In this document: positions 16,312 to 28,399 of the stretch, one piece after another | Numbering within the stretch: position 1 is the first letter of the stretch | Layout: every line of letters begins with the position of its first letter | DNA from: Octopus sinensis | Lineage: Eukaryota | Length of the DNA: 64,000 bases | Direction of reading: 5' to 3' | Assembly: GCF_006345805.1 (NCBI RefSeq) | Contig: NC_042997.1 | Span: 34,968,001 to 35,032,000, forward strand | The notes under the pieces: model-generated | What the model saw: only the letters and a program-made list of their open reading frames with translations | Told to the model about the DNA's origin: nothing | Database searches by the model: none | Position numbers and translations under genes: made by a program

Positions 16312-16337
16312 TTCAGAGATTTATTATTGGTTATATA

Positions 16338-16391
<54 letters not shown>

Positions 16392-16939
16392 TAACATATA
16401 TATATATATATATATATATATTGTTTAACGTTTTTTTCGTTAAATTATATTCTATTTTCTTGAACAATGGAATTCGGTTTACATATTTCAATTCCGTCGG
16501 CTGCAGGAGATTACAAGAGAAGATTTATAGAAACAATGAATTTTATCTTAGTCTATTACAAATAACGAACCATAGAAGCAAACTAATTGACGGCACATTA
16601 ATAAATAAAAAAAAATCTGGATCATACTCTCCTAATATTTTGAGAAACAAAGAGGAACTGGCGCGTTCTTGGCGTGTTCATCACCGTGGCCATCCTTGCT
16701 GTATATTGTATTAAAGAAATTGAGTGACCAGCAAGAGAAAGTATAATATACTTTGATAAAACGATTACATTCCATAAGATTAGCCGCTGCATGTCGGATG
16801 TGTGTATACACACATATGTATACATATGTATTTTATATATACATACATGCATATATGCATACACATGTATATAAACATATATATATAAATATATACATAT
16901 ACATATATATATGTATGAATATGCATGCATGTATGTATG

Positions 16940-16988
<49 letters not shown>

Positions 16989-17398
16989 CACATAGTTCTC
17001 ATTGGAGCGATAAATCTCGAAGCAAACAAAGCTATAAATCATAGCGAGTTCAAAAGTCCTTGGTATAAGAAGATTAATGGCTGCTCGCGCGACACGAACC
17101 CACATCTTCTGTAAAGCTGAGAAGCGTTTTACTACAAGATAATGCTCTCTGAAGAGTGAGAATTTTATGTACAATAATATTTTGGTAAGAATAATATTTT
17201 CAAAACGGATCCAGAAATTAGAAGAGAGGATTTGATCCGACTGTAGAACTCCTGTCATGCTTGTAGGATGTATAAGCTCGAATATCTCCGGCTTACACAA
17301 TTCAAAGATCTTTACAGTGTTTTTTTTTACCTTTATGTGTTTCGAGATCCCTTGTTATTAAAACGAAGCATTTTATCTTCACTCGACGTTTATAATTT

Positions 17399-17435
<37 letters not shown>

Positions 17436-18254
17436 AATTGTAAAGGCGCTATTCGCCACCCAAAGTTTTGGGAATGGTAATAAATTACGTACTCTGCTGC
17501 TTTAATCAACGTATTTGAAAACACCTTTCCTAACTCTAAATAGGCTAGTCTATGGAGATCGCGCAGTATAAAGTAAAGGAACACAGATTGCATAGTCAAC
17601 ATCACCTACTTATTCTCTTCCGATTCCATACGGTCTGTTTTCAAATCCAGCCGGAGTCTACGTTGCCTATTATTCCTCCAGCAGTCGACAAAATAAAGAA
17701 CGAGTTAGTTACTTTCATCAGTTGTACTGACTACTCCCTCTTCCTTCAAAATTACTAGAAATTTACCTTAATAAGAAAGCATCAGTAGTAGTAGTATTAT
17801 TAATAGTAGTTGTGTTATTGGGTACACCTGCGGGAAAATATTTTCCAACTATAACCAAGTCATCCGTAGTTTTCTTCCCGAAATTGTGAATTCAGTACCT
17901 CTTAATTTAACGTAACGCTAGTTTTAATCTGTATTTCATGTAAACTTTACGGCGATTGCTCACAAGTTGTGGTACTCTATATAGGTCACATATGCCATAA
18001 ATAATCTTATTGCTGGAGTACTACTAAGAAAAGGTATTTAAACACTATAACAAAGAAAATAATTTAAATGTGTTATAGAACTGCTGTGGCCTTGAAGGTC
18101 GAAAACCAATGCTCAATTCTTAAGAATTGTCAAGATATGCGATACATTATTATTATTTAAGTCGCACAATATCCAATATCGAGATGTTGTTGATTGAAGA
18201 TATTGTATCTACCGGGGGTTTGTACTGTTTGTCACGTCACAACAAAGACGTATG

Positions 18255-18313
<59 letters not shown>

Positions 18314-18314
<1 letters not shown>

Positions 18315-18814
18315 GTGAGAGAGCAGTGCAAGCCATCAAAGTGACACTGTCTACCCATCATGACTACCCTTATGATAAGGGTACAACAGGCACATACATC
18401 ACAACCATATGTGCGCGACATGGTGATTGCAGGTGGGGCCCAGTTAGAATTTTCTTCTGGTCGAGTAGCCCATCCCGCTCAAAAGGTCACTGATTAAGGA
18501 TTTTCTAAGGATGTTGAACAAACAACCCATGTTTCCAAAGGTGAAGTATTCAAACCTCCATGAATCCTTTTCAACACACGGCTGTGATGCTCCCCCACTA
18601 CTTCTGCTCGTGACCAGAAATGCACATATCGTCAGCCACTAAGGAGCATGGTCAACTGGTTACGGTCAAACAACTGACAAGCAAATCTATGTATTGAGCA
18701 GAATATTTGCTGTAGCCCATCTTTTATACCAAGACAAAACAATGTACATGGTAACACTTCCAATCAGTTAAGATCAGAAGCCATGAGAGTCACTGTCTGG
18801 TACTGCATCAGGGC
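18314..18814. mobile_element. Unclassified ~500-bp element flanked on both sides by (TTA)n tracts
   Basis: A GC-richer block lies between (TTA)n at 18258-18313 and (TTA)n from 18816. No recognisable ORF. Confidence 0.55.
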
Positions 18815-18857
<43 letters not shown>

Positions 18858-19419
18858 GTTGTTGTTATTATCATTATTGTTGTTATCATTATCCTTACTC
18901 TTGTTATTTTTGTTGTTGTTGATGTTATTATCATTAATATTGTTACTATTGTCACAAGAGAATTCATGGTGTTGGTGATAAAGGTTTTGCGTTTAACATA
19001 TATATGAGTTGATATACTGCTAAATAAAAAGTAACATGTCACGCAATATTGAAAAATAATGGCATTTATCGTTTATAAAATATTCCTTCTTGAATTTTAG
19101 GTGTGTTAGTTAAGAGATAGTTCTAGGTCCATTAACTAACATTATAAAACGAACGCATCGGCACTAGCTATTAGATATAAACACGGAATAACTGTAAAAG
19201 CAAATATCTAAATAAAATTTGCACACGAATATAGGCGCGAAAACATGCAGGCATACATACCGTGATATAAACACACACATACACACACAAACACGCATGC
19301 GCCGCTCACACACACACAAACACAAACACCTTGAAATAGACCTATATAACTTTATGTTCGTTAGCATATATATTTATAAGAATGTATATCTGATATATAT
19401 ACACGTATATAATTATATA

Positions 19420-19484
<65 letters not shown>

Positions 19485-19615
19485 TACATATATATATTTC
19501 TACATATATATATTTCTACATATAGGAAAGTCAATATCGAACGCAAATCATATTTTAAAGATTATATTATAAGGAAATAACAGAAAAAAATATGTTGATG
19601 ATGATAATAATAACG

Positions 19616-19691
<76 letters not shown>

Positions 19692-19861
19692 AATTAAGAA
19701 TACTCGAAGAATAATTCTAAAAACTAGCAAGAACAACGATGAAGATAAGCGAAGATAAAACAGTACAAAAAAGCTCGGGGTCACCACATAAGAGGCATAT
19801 TCTTTGTGTTTAGTTATGCGAGAAATGGAAGCGTTTTGAAGGGATACATATATATATATTC

Positions 19862-19939
<78 letters not shown>

Positions 19940-20986
19940 TATATATATGTACATATATACATATATATGTATTTAGATCAAATGACAATCATAAACCATC
20001 TTGCCAATACAATACAAATGAAAAGAAAATACAGAAACAAAAAGGACAAAACTTGAAACAAAGCCGTTACAAAGTAAAATATATGACAATACACAGACAG
20101 CTATGTGAAATGTGTTAGAAAAGAAGCAAGACTAGGCAAAAATGATTTGATGCATCGAAAATGAATTTAAGAATGAAAATGAAAATACTACCGTAGTAAC
20201 TCAAATTTTGTAACAAGACATTATTGCAGTTCAATTGAATTTAAAACGTGTCTATGTATTAACTTGGTTTTTATTTTGTTTGTATTAGCTGATATTGAAT
20301 GAATTAGATTGGCGGAAGTTTTATTTTTCAATTGCTAAATTTTCGAATTCGTACTTTAATTCTGGAATAATTTTCTGAATTATGACAGCCAACAAATGTA
20401 ATAGTTTGTCCTATGGAATTATTAAAGTATTAAAAGCATGGACAATAAATGCATATTTTTTTATTTGACACTCACTATGTTGTATTTTGCCGTGTACACT
20501 AAATGAATATATTAATATATTTACTAGTTAACCATTTTTCTGAAATTTATCCTTTTTCTTCCATAATAAGTCATGTGTTATTAGGTTACTTTATAAAAGG
20601 GTATTGTTGTTGAACATATGAAAATAGTATAAAATAGCCTATCACTTGATTATTTGAAATGGAAATTTCCTAATTGAGATGTCAGTTTTATTTCGAGCCA
20701 GTATACGAAGGTTATTGAGAACAACTTCGAGAAACTTTAACGATTGTGATTTCAAACTACATATATCTTAATCGAAAGCTCCTAATAGAGGATTGATATA
20801 ATACTAAATGTACTTGCATGTATATATATATTCGCAAAGAAGCGTACAGTAGCAAACGCCAACATATCAAAATCGTACACGTTATTTATGCAATTTTTAT
20901 GGAAATTTGCATATAAAACATGAAGTATTTTTATATATTTGTTGTGCAAGATTTTTTTATGTGAAGCCGTGTGTTGAAACAGGTAT

Positions 20987-21188
20987 TGTTATATTTCGAA
21001 ATGGTCATTTTGCCAGTTTAGCCAATAAAAACACACGCACTATATATTTGGTGTTATTTCCCTTCAGTGTTATTTATTTTTTACATTAATGTAAAAAATA
21101 AATAACACTGAAGCAAAATAACACCAAATATATAGTGCGTGTGTTTTTATTGGCTAAACTGGCAAAATGACCATTCCGAAATATAACA
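20987..21188. repeat. 202-bp palindrome with no spacer
   Basis: Centre ACATT|AATGT lies between 21087 and 21088. Only 3 mismatched positions over 101-bp arms. Confidence 0.95.
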
Positions 21189-21529
21189 TGAAGTATTGTT
21201 TCTGAAAATTTCTACCTAATTTAATCCGAGGTGTTGACAGGTGCGTCAGTTACTTCTAGGGCAGGATATTTTGTTACTTATAATGAATGATTTTTAGTGC
21301 ATTTACGGAACACTTACAAACATATTCGAATTCACTTACACTGACACACACGCACTAACAAGTAGACACAAGGCACAAAACGGGATTCTCTACACAGTTG
21401 CCTGACTTGCAAGAAATAACAGATTTCATTCAAGTCTGACATACCATATTTAAGAAGAGTCTAACATAGAAGGGGGCATGCATACATACACATGTACACA
21501 TCAATCATATACATACATACACACATATA

Positions 21530-21716
21530 TCTTTTATCTTTTAATTGCTTCAGCCATTGGACTGAAGCTTTGTGGGGGCACCATCCTGAAAGGTTTTCTC
21601 GATCGAATCGATCAATTCCCTTTTTTCTGGAAGCATAGTACTAATTTTTTCGCTGTATCTGGCTGGGCCGCTAAGTTGCAGAAACGTACAAAATACCGGT
21701 TGTGAAGTGGTGGACA
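21530..21716 (-). mobile_element. Degenerate tail fragment of SINE family A
   Basis: Loose similarity to 3129-3350 (cttcagccatt..gatcgaatcga..ccgctaagtt..cggttgtgaag). Confidence 0.4.
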
Positions 21717-22083
21717 CACACACACATACATATATATGGTAAGAGAGATAGAGGGAGAGAGAGAGAGCGAGAGAGAGAAAGGGGGATTTTATTTTACATG
21801 AGCAGAAGAAATATTGAAGTTGAAAATATACCGGGAGTCTTTTAGATTTTTTTTATTTTTAAAGACTTGAGCAGTATTAGATTTTTCTGATTTTCAAAAG
21901 TTGAGAGAGAAAGACTACGTTGCAATTCTCTTCGGATTATAGTTTGAAAATCTTCTTGCTTTTATAGACAGAAGATGTCTCAAATAAGTATCTGTTCACC
22001 ATACAATTTGATTAACAAAGGATGTTCACATGATTAAGTTCAGAAAATTTTGCAACTTTCCAGCTACGTCCGTGCGTTAGTGT

Positions 22084-22321
22084 AATGGGACAATATTTTT
22101 GCGCCGAAAATTAAGGCTGACACGGTTCAGGGAAACATGTCTCATGATGGTCTCAAACAATCAAGGTTCTCTGAATTTTATCTGTCAAATGTAGCAGAGG
22201 ATGATTACTTGATTGACTGATTTTATGCGTTGATATAATGTGGCAGTATTGTTTGCGACGAAAATTAAGACTGACACATTTGAGTGAACGTATCTAGCGA
22301 CAGTCCCAAACGATTAAGATT
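22084..22321 (+). repeat. Diverged direct duplication, ~85-bp unit with ~153-bp period
   Basis: TGCGCCGAAAATTAAGGCTGACAC..GGTCTCAAACAATCAAGGTT versus TGCGACGAAAATTAAGACTGACAC..AGTCCCAAACGATTAAGATT. Confidence 0.6.
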
Positions 22322-22592
22322 AATATGTAATGTGTTGCAGATTGGACAGGGGTCGTTTGTATTTGTCTACTGAGTGAACACATTAACATATGTGCAAAAA
22401 AGGAAAATAAGTAACAAAACTGCCAAGTCTTCCCACTTTACATTTTGTTCGGTCGATAAAAGATCAATCCAAAATAACGAAAGAAAGTATATTCATACAT
22501 CAATACAAACGAAAACTGAATAAAGTGTAAAAAAAGTGCATTCAACATCAACTACGCACACATAAACACATTCTGCCGCTTGACATGTTGAA

Positions 22593-23260
22593 TACGAGGT
22601 CTGATCAATAAGTAACAGGACTGTTGCCGTTGTAACAAAGCTAAAGTAGGTAGAGTGAGGTCACTGGGCAAAGATTCACACTGACCCCTACTGTGTATGC
22701 ACACTAAGTTTTAAAGTTCTAGATCACTTCCGCTGTTTACAACAATGCTTGGAAAGAAGGTGTATAGCGTTTAATCGCATGGTGATATCTGTTCAGATGC
22801 CTACGCAAAGCTGCAGAAAGTGTATGGAGAGGAGTGTATGAGCCGCATATAAGTGTACGAGATATTGAAGATATTGCCGAACGTTCTCGGAGACCCGCAA
22901 CCAGCATAACTGCTTAGATGTTCGTGCAGCTGTGATGGAAAATAGTTGAATCACCATACGTGTGTTATCAGGGGATGTACAAATTAGTTACGGTTCAGTT
23001 CAGTCCATTATCACTGAAGATTTGGGTATGAAACGCGTGTCTGGTACGTTTGTGCTAAAACTGCTTTCAGCTAACCAGAAAGACAGTCGGATTTCAGTCG
23101 CACAAGATCTCTTTCATTGTGTCAATAACGATTAAATCTTTCTGAAAACTTTGCGTAGGCCACTGAGCAGGTATCGCCAAGCGTTTACCAAAATTTGATG
23201 CAGAGTCTTTACTCAACTTTCTATGCCATAGTCAATACTATGATCACACGCTACACACCT
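22593..23260 (+). mobile_element. Mariner transposon relic: 5' TIR and transposase N-terminal half
   Basis: Begins TA-CGAGGTCTGATCAATAAG. Translation gives AYAKLQKVYGEECMSR, RSRRPATS, ITIRVLSGDVQISYGSVQSIITEDLGMKRVS and FVLKLLS (HTH region and WVPKLL-like motif), with stops and frameshifts. Confidence 0.82.
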
Positions 23261-23284
23261 TTTCAAATACTAGCCACTAAAACT

Positions 23285-23445
23285 TTTACTATTTTCTCTC
23301 CTTGTTTATCCCTGTCTTCCTTTCTGTTGAGGAGCTAAGGCTCGAAACGTCAAAGACTTTCTCACTTCCCGAGCGTTAAACTAATATATCTGTTTGTTGT
23401 TTAAACACCGCCTTCGTCTTTTTTTTTGTATATTCTCACTAACAC
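23285..23445 (+). mobile_element. Probable Penelope-like terminal-repeat fragment containing a hammerhead-like motif at 23320-23355
   Basis: CTTT-CTGTTGA-G-GAGC-TAAG-GCTC-GAA-ACGT-C-AAAG. Stems I and II pair and stem III is the palindrome ACGT. The core carries A6->T and one extra base. Confidence 0.5.
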
Positions 23446-23457
23446 GAACACACACAT

Positions 23458-23534
<77 letters not shown>

Positions 23535-23710
23535 ATAAATATTAGGGAATAAATCCAAATTTACAGGGAAAAAAATCAGATTTAGGATTAAATCCAATTT
23601 TATAGTAAAATATTATAAAATATTATTAGAGACAAAACCACTATTTTGCAAAACAAACAAGGAAAGACTTAATCAATACATAAAATTTTAATAAATAGTC
23701 AAAAAAACCG

Positions 23711-23753
23711 CCACTACAATTGTTTCTTGTCTTGATCGACAATCTTCAGGTGG
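23711..23753 (-). ncRNA. Minimal type I hammerhead ribozyme with an intact core
   Basis: CCAC-CUGAAGA-UUGUC-GAUCAA-GACAA-GAA-ACAAUUGU-A-GUGG: 4-bp stem I, CUGANGA, 5-bp stem II, GAAA, palindromic stem III, GUA cleavage triplet. Confidence 0.75.
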
Positions 23754-23785
23754 ACTTCCAAATTTGAAACTGACTTATTGGAAGT

Positions 23786-23828
23786 CCACCTGAAGATTGT
23801 CGATCAAGACAAAAAACAATTGTAGTGG
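23786..23828 (+). ncRNA. Second hammerhead copy with GAAA->AAAA, predicted inactive
   Basis: Identical to the minus-strand copy except G12->A at 23813. Confidence 0.6.
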
Positions 23829-23953
23829 CGGTTTTCTTTGACTATTTATTAAAATTTTATGTATTGATTAAGTCTTTCCTTGTTTGTTTTGCAAAATAGT
23901 GGTTTTGTCTCTAATAATATTTTATATATATATATAATTATATATATATACAT

Positions 23954-23985
<32 letters not shown>

Positions 23986-24016
23986 CCACACGCACACACC
24001 ACACACACACACATAA

Positions 24017-24069
<53 letters not shown>

Positions 24070-24070
<1 letters not shown>

Positions 24071-24233
24071 CGACGGGTTTCTTTTAGTTTCCGACTATGA
24101 AATCCAATCATAAGGATTTGTCGGACCGAGGCTATGGTACAAGAAACTAGTTCAAAATGCCATGCAATGGGACTCAACCCGAACCTATGTTGTTGGTAAG
24201 CAAACCTCTTAACCACTCAGTCACATCTGCGCC
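24070..24233 (-). mobile_element. 5' half of SINE family A
   Basis: Collinear with 3393-3555 and 61555-61713. Confidence 0.7.
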
Positions 24234-24767
24234 TCTACGCCTAGGGTGATATAAGTAGGTGAAGAGATAGAAATGTAATGTGTGGCTGACAGATATAAGT
24301 TGTATACATCAGACATTCATCATAATAATAACGGTACTCATCTGATATACAACATTGTGACAACATTGTATGTCAGATCATCTCCAAGCATGCTCTTGTC
24401 TTCAACTAATTTGTTCCAAGTAGATTCAATGGTGAGTTTTATTATTGGAAAAGAGGTCTGCGTCGCCGTTTATGCCGATAACAGTGAATCCGATATATCT
24501 TTTAATAATACAGAACGTATTACAATATTGGTTTCATTGGAATTTACATTCGCACACACCGACACAAACACAGCCACATACACAAACATTTAAAAGGATA
24601 CAATGTACAACATTAAATAAATAGCACAATAATATAAGTTCTGATTATTTATTGCTGTAATTAATTATAATTTTCATTTTCATTTCCGTTCTGATGTAGC
24701 TTTAGAAGAACCGCGTGTACATACATACATACATATATATATATATACATATATATATATAATATAT

Positions 24768-24835
<68 letters not shown>

Positions 24836-25032
24836 TATATATATATATATATATAATATATACTGGACGTATCAGTTTTAATAAATATCAAAAAATATTC
24901 GAAATTCATGAATATACATACATTTGTGTGTATATGTGTGTTATGTGTATATCCTGTAAATATATGCACATACTCATATATATGCAGATTTATATACATA
25001 TACACCTATATATATATTATATATATATATTA

Positions 25033-25064
<32 letters not shown>

Positions 25065-25476
25065 CTAATAAATGTCTGTGCGTATATACATATGTGTGAG
25101 TTTGTGATATTAGACTTCCGTTGTCTGATAAAAATGGTCCCGTAATGTGTAGTAGCACTACCTACACAAATTATTTCTGTATATTGATCAAATGAGTGTG
25201 CTGTTCATTGACTCACACCCACCTGCGAATCAACATTTCCTAAACAATTGCACGGTGTACCACACCTAACGTTTCGAAGTGATCGCAGAGAAAAGTGAAA
25301 ACAAAGGTTTCGGTGAAGAATATAACGCACACCCCGATGCAGGAATTGAAACCACACATTAACTACTGAACCAGGCGCCATTATACAATATATCCATATA
25401 CGCATGCAAATACTTAAATATACATGTATCCATACATACATGTCCATTCATAGATACATACATTATATCTATACAT

Positions 25477-25527
<51 letters not shown>

Positions 25528-25606
25528 CACGTCTATATACGCACAGGGAAATCAGACATGTGGCAAGTTCTAAGCTGCTTTTCCACATGTGCGCGCGTAT
25601 TTGTGC

Positions 25607-25684
<78 letters not shown>

Positions 25685-25745
25685 ATGCATAATTATTTAC
25701 TTTACTTACATTTACGCAGGTTTGTCCTCATCTTGTTTGTTGTTA

Positions 25746-25789
25746 ACACAACGTTTCGGCTGATATAACCGCCAGCCTTCATCAGATGT
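25746..25789 (-). ncRNA. Minimal type I hammerhead motif, core intact with one extra A
   Basis: ACAU-CUGAUGA-A-GGCUG-(10-nt loop)-CAGCC-GAA-ACGU-U-GUGU. Confidence 0.62.
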
Positions 25790-25861
25790 CATGCGTAAAT
25801 TTCGAACCTTGGTTCTCATTTTTCGATGTTGTTGTTGTTGTTGTTTTTGTTGTTGTTGTTG

Positions 25862-25922
<61 letters not shown>

Positions 25923-25959
25923 CATTATTATTATCCAGGTCACTACGTCATTTGCCTAC

Positions 25960-26025
25960 GAGCATATGGTATAGTGGTTAAAGGCGCGGGCTACTAACCC
26001 CCAAATTCCGATTTCGATTCCAGGC
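25960..26025 (+). promoter_or_regulatory. tRNA-derived Pol III internal promoter (A box and B box)
   Basis: TGGTATAGTGG at 25967-25977 and ATTTCGATTCC at 26011-26021, at tRNA-like spacing. Confidence 0.55.
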
Positions 26026-26157
26026 TGTCACCTGAATATTAATAATAATAATAAAATAATAATAATAATATAATAATAATAATATAATAATAATAATAAC
26101 AACAACAACATCGAAAAATACCTTAGGAAGGAGAACCCAGGTTCGAATTTCCCCAAA

Positions 26158-26201
26158 TCACCTGCTTAAGGCTGGAGGGTATATCAGCCGAAACGTTGTG
26201 T
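26158..26201 (+). ncRNA. Hammerhead copy with a mutated core (CTGCTTA), predicted inactive
   Basis: CAC-CTGCTTA-A-GGCTG..CAGCC-GAA-ACGT-T-GTGT. Confidence 0.5.
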
Positions 26202-26312
26202 TAACAAAATACAAGCTGAGGACAAATATCCGTCAAACGTAAATAATTTAAATAGTGTACATAATTCCTTATTTCTTAAATATAGAACTGTATATGCATA
26301 ATGTTTATATAT

Positions 26313-26348
<36 letters not shown>

Positions 26349-26365
26349 AAAACATGCATATATAT

Positions 26366-26399
<34 letters not shown>

Positions 26400-26446
26400 A
26401 TATACAAACACGCACTCATGTATATATACAAACGCACACTCATCAA

Positions 26447-26517
<71 letters not shown>

Positions 26518-27176
26518 ATGCGTACATGTATATATTTATGTCCATATCTATCTGTGTGTTTGCCTATCTATCTCAGGAATATATATACACATACGCCCAC
26601 GCATATTATAAATAATAACTTTACTGCCCCTACACAGTATGTAGTTCTTCAGACAACCAGCTATATTTTCAGAAACTTTAGGTATTCTCATGCTTCTACA
26701 CATTACCCCACTGCCTTTCTTCTGACCACACTTTTCATTGTCCTACTCCCAATTCTGAATTCCGTCTAACATTACTTACTTCCTTCCTCTACCCGTTTCG
26801 CTTCTCAAACTTTTTTCTTACAACTGTTTTCTTATTTCTTGTATTCATGTTCCTCAGTCTCTTTTCCTGAACTTGTTTTCCAATCAAAATATAGCTACAC
26901 ATCACTTTGGCCAATAGCCATTAACCATTATTTTCACCGAATGTAAACCCCTTTTGGTGAAAAATTGTCTGGTGTTTCGCTGGAAGTTAAATATATTTTT
27001 AAAAATATTATTGGCTGCATAAGCCGTTCAATCAAAAACTTGAAGTGCCATTCAAAGCAATAATATCACTAAATACTTCACCAGAAGTAATGTTTCATTT
27101 CCAGTTAATTTTATATGTAATACCGAATTATATGTGTGCATATGTATTATAAGCACACTTAATTAAAATGCTTGTT

Positions 27177-27248
<72 letters not shown>

Positions 27249-28399
27249 TATATATTACATACATATAAGTTATACATATGCATGTATGTATAAAAACAAA
27301 TTGGGAAGATTCTACATAATTTTGTGGAAATTGCAGCAACTCGAATAAGCTATGAGCGACAAAGGAATGTATCTGCACCTGAAGCCTATTATATACAGCT
27401 GTGCCTGACCATCTGACCTCAATCTCAAAATTACTGTGCATGTCTGCAGACGATGGTAACAAAATACACTGGCCTCCCAAGACATTCATCAATACATAAA
27501 TTTACTACCGCTTTTCTTTGACAAATGAGGCCAAGTGGATGCATGTTACTACTACACAAATTCAGCTATTCTTGTCTAGGCGACTTTTCGTCGTAAATGT
27601 TATGCCTTAATCTAACACATACACCCTATTTATGTTCTATGTAATATATACACCCAAGAACACAATTAATTTTCGAATTGCCCACTTAAAACCAGCGCCT
27701 CTCTGATGCTGTATTATATAGAATAATGATACCCCTGCTTATGATATCGAGAGGTATTTTACCGGGATCGCAGTATTATGTAGACCCACAGAGCTTGAGG
27801 AACTGGATCTACTCTCTTATCCTAGAATATACAGAAGTTAGGCAAGACATTTCATGTGATGATGAGTGGAAATTAAAACTAGTGTGAAATACGATTCGAA
27901 ACCATGTTGCAGCTGCAATTCGCCGTGAGATTCATTACTTTTAAATCTTCGATGACTTATCGTAACAAAAACTGTGCGAGAGGAAATAAGAAGAGATGGG
28001 TTTATGGTCATGAATCTAGGGCGAGGAGGTTTTATGCTGATCGTTAATGGGAGAATAATTATTTATTGGCAGCATTTGTTTTTGAAATCATAAAGATCTA
28101 ATTCAGTTTGGTTCATAAAAAATACGAGATAATTATGTACAAATATAAATATATAACAAACTCGGGTGCTCTCAAATTTTACAAACATGATGATGATGAT
28201 GATGATGATGTTAGGTGTGGTGAAGGTATTCGTGATTATCTGGTGATGATGATGGGTATGACTTTGAGATGCTAGTGATGCTAGTATGAATCTTGTGAGT
28301 TTCTGCTTACTTTATATATCTAATATATATTCATACCAACAGATACGTACGTGTGTTTTTGTGTGTTTTTGTTTGTGTGTGTATATACATATGTGCGTC

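Larger units (their letters stand above)
23530..23926. mobile_element. Inverted-repeat element, ~148-bp arms with a 16-nt spacer, probably Penelope-derived
   Basis: 23614-23761 versus 23778-23926 are nearly identical in reverse complement. Each arm carries a hammerhead motif. There is an unpaired extension at 23530-23613. Confidence 0.85.
25692..26290. mobile_element. Diverged inverted-repeat element with hammerhead motifs in both arms and a tRNA-like head in the loop
   Basis: About 25692-25840 is a reverse-complement homologue of about 26095-26247. Inside are (GTT/TAT)n and (AAT/AAC)n tracts and an A/B-box segment. Confidence 0.72.

Noticed and set aside
16630-16726. [24 protein letters not shown] as a terminal TM exon
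   Set aside because: The only acceptor is a weak GAG, and there is no upstream partner exon.
24282-24593. 103-aa ORF with a PKD/Ig-like strand pattern and an internal GTGAGT
   Set aside because: No diagnostic motif or convincing acceptor; both strands look equally protein-like.
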